A stretch of 60,377 nucleotides of DNA, counting the filler, from Sphacelaria rigidula (lineage: Eukaryota), in the NCBI GenBank assembly GCA_964200075.2. It is 10 parts of 10 records of this genome, joined end to end, with 100 filler letters (N's around TTAATTAATTAA, not from the genome) between each part and the next. Parts side by side here need not be neighbours in the genome. Positions count along the whole stretch, not along the records: positions 54,431 to 60,377 come from CAXNAA020023297.1; 9 more parts are not named here. One strand, 5' to 3'. Made by a program: the position numbers and the translations under genes. Positions 58,638 to 60,377 of the stretch are shown one piece after another; within the stretch, counting starts at the first letter, position 1; each line of letters begins with the position of its first letter. The notes under the pieces are model-generated. The model worked only from the letters and a program-made list of their open reading frames with translations, searched no databases and was not told the origin of the DNA.

Positions 58638-58820
58638 ACAGCAACAGACGACCACGCCGGCGACGGAGATTGGGTGGACGGCGATAGGCTTGGTGGAGGT
58701 GCGGTTCGCGGTCCGTTGAAGAATTTCCGGGCGGGCAGGGGCAACGGCCGTGGGAGGAAGAGGCGAGATCGAGGTAGAAACAATCCCAATGATGATGACG
58801 ATGACGACGACGATGATGGC

Positions 58821-58855
<35 letters not shown>

Positions 58856-58898
58856 CGATGGCGGCTCGGGGTTGGAAAATGACTCCCGACACAGCGAG
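58638..58898 (+). CDS. Exon with Gly/Arg-rich segment and poly-Asp
   Basis: Branch-like GCTAAC, TGCAG acceptor, 87 codons, GAG|GTACGT donor; phase 0/0. Confidence 0.72.
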
Positions 58899-59403
58899 GT
58901 ACGTAAATGAGTGAGACAACGAGGTACGTGCTTAGTATGACAATCGTTGTGACTGAGGTATGATACGGTTGACTACAAAGTGCATCCATGTGTTCATTAT
59001 GAATTAGTGAAGAAATGATACATGCTCGATGATGCAAGGAATGAACAATGGTACGTGGTATATTGTGCAGTGGTACTAAGGGATGTGGCTGATTCTACGT
59101 ACCAGCTGACGTGAAAAGTTGTGAACAATTAAGGTCCGTTTCCCCGGAGTCCTAGCCATGTTCGGCCCATGCTCGACCGTGTTTGCAAGGTCGCGTTGCA
59201 CATATTGGAGAGAGCTGAATGGCCAGCAGGCCATGCGACTTAGCCAATTCGAAGCACGCTGTATTGCTATTTCTTAAGCAGCAAGAGGCTGGAGTAGAAC
59301 CCATGGCAACACCAACACCCTCACCTAGTCCTGTCCTGGACAAATCTCGGCACTGTCAGTTCTCGTGAACTTAGTCCGCAGTTTGTACGCTTGCCGTCCA
59401 CAG

Positions 59404-59652
59404 CGCCAAAGGAAGGGTTCCGACACGGCAAGCACGAGCGACTACAGTACAAGCGGCACCGAACGCGATAAGAGAACCAACGGCAGCAAGAGGCGTGGGC
59501 GCGGGAAAGATCGCGATCGGGTCCGTCAGCTCGTGGTGCGCAAAAGGGGCCGTAGCCTACCCTCATTGTCAGCCAAGGTCAACAAAGGTCGAGGAAATGA
59601 TCGCAGGGGTCGTACCGCAAGCGCGGGCAAGAGTTCGAACAAGAGGAGCAAG
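59404..59652 (+). CDS. Basic Arg/Lys/Ser-rich exon
   Basis: CCACAG acceptor, 83 codons, AAG|GTGAGA donor; phase 0/0. Confidence 0.72.
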
Positions 59653-59792
59653 GTGAGATGTGAACCCCGCGAGGACCGAATGTGACTTACTTTGCCGGCT
59701 GACCACTTGGCTGGAAACTATCATTCCATCAGCAGAGGTGAACGGAAGGACGTTAATTTCTTCATTTGCTCTCTGATCGCAATCGTGGCCAG

Positions 59793-60278
59793 GGAGTAAG
59801 CGGGGAAGGAAGAACCGAACGAAAAAAACGAAATGTTCGAAACTACACCGATAGTGCCGGTGCTTCTGGCGAGAGCGACGGGGGTGACGACTCCTCTCCA
59901 GATTCCGGCCGACGAAAAAGACGAGGATCTTCATCTTCATACTCTGAAAGCACTGAGAACGACGGCGATCATCACGGTAATCATGCAGGTAGCAGAAAGC
60001 GCAGAAAGTCATCAATCGGCCACAGTCACCGCAATGAGAAGGGCGCCAAGAAGCGTAACGGCAAAGAGCGGCCTGCGAAGGCGGGGTGGAGAGGGGCATG
60101 GCGGAGCGGGGGCGGGGGCGGCGGCAAGGAGGATAAGCGCCGATCTGGGGCGGGGAGACGACGAGCGCATGGCAAGGGAACCATGAGCCCCAGCGATGAA
60201 GATGATATAGAGGCCGGAGAAGCGGCAGAAAGAGACGACGGAGTGGTGGATGTGGAAATGTCCTGCGGCTGGGCGTTG
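59793..60278 (+). CDS. Charged low-complexity exon with NLS-like RRKRR/RKRRK (absent from the ORF track)
   Basis: GCCAG acceptor, 162 open codons GVSGEGRTERKKR...VEMSCGWAL, TTG|GTAAGA donor; phase 0/0. Confidence 0.7.
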
Positions 60279-60377
60279 GTAAGATGGTCTGTAAGGCGGG
60301 GGGGGGGGGGGGGGGGTGGGTTTGTTTTGTTGCTTTGGGGTTTGTCCCTTGCGCCCCCCTCCCCTTCGGGGGGGGGG

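Overview
This is not one locus. It is ten unrelated eukaryotic contigs of 5948 or 5947 bp joined by an artificial 100-bp linker (N44-TTAATTAATTAA-N44). Contigs: 1-5948, 6049-11996, 12097-18044, 18145-24092, 24193-30140, 30241-36188, 36289-42236, 42337-48283, 48384-54330, 54431-60377. The DNA is repeat-rich and carries long GT-AG introns. Its repeat families resemble those I recall from brown algae (Phaeophyceae); this is inference, not a database result. Mobile DNA: three decayed Ty3/Gypsy LTR retrotransposons of chromovirus type (chromodomain visible in two), a LINE family with C-rich 3' tails, a tRNA-derived SINE, and many non-autonomous DNA transposons or MITEs (hAT-, piggyBac-, Harbinger-, Sola- and CMC-like by termini and target-site duplication, TSD). 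Some foldback elements carry telomere-type (CCCTAA)n repeats internally. Gene fragments: an AP2 domain split across two exons, the last exon of propionyl-CoA carboxylase beta, a spliced Tudor-like domain gene, a four-exon low-complexity charged protein, and an ORF of about 890 codons built from four ~185-aa repeats. The strongest candidate for undescribed biology is the Ty3 lineage: all three elements lack a tRNA primer-binding site (PBS), have a self-complementary ATATC..GATAT palindrome in its place, and share a hairpin/pseudoknot-like motif in otherwise divergent LTRs.
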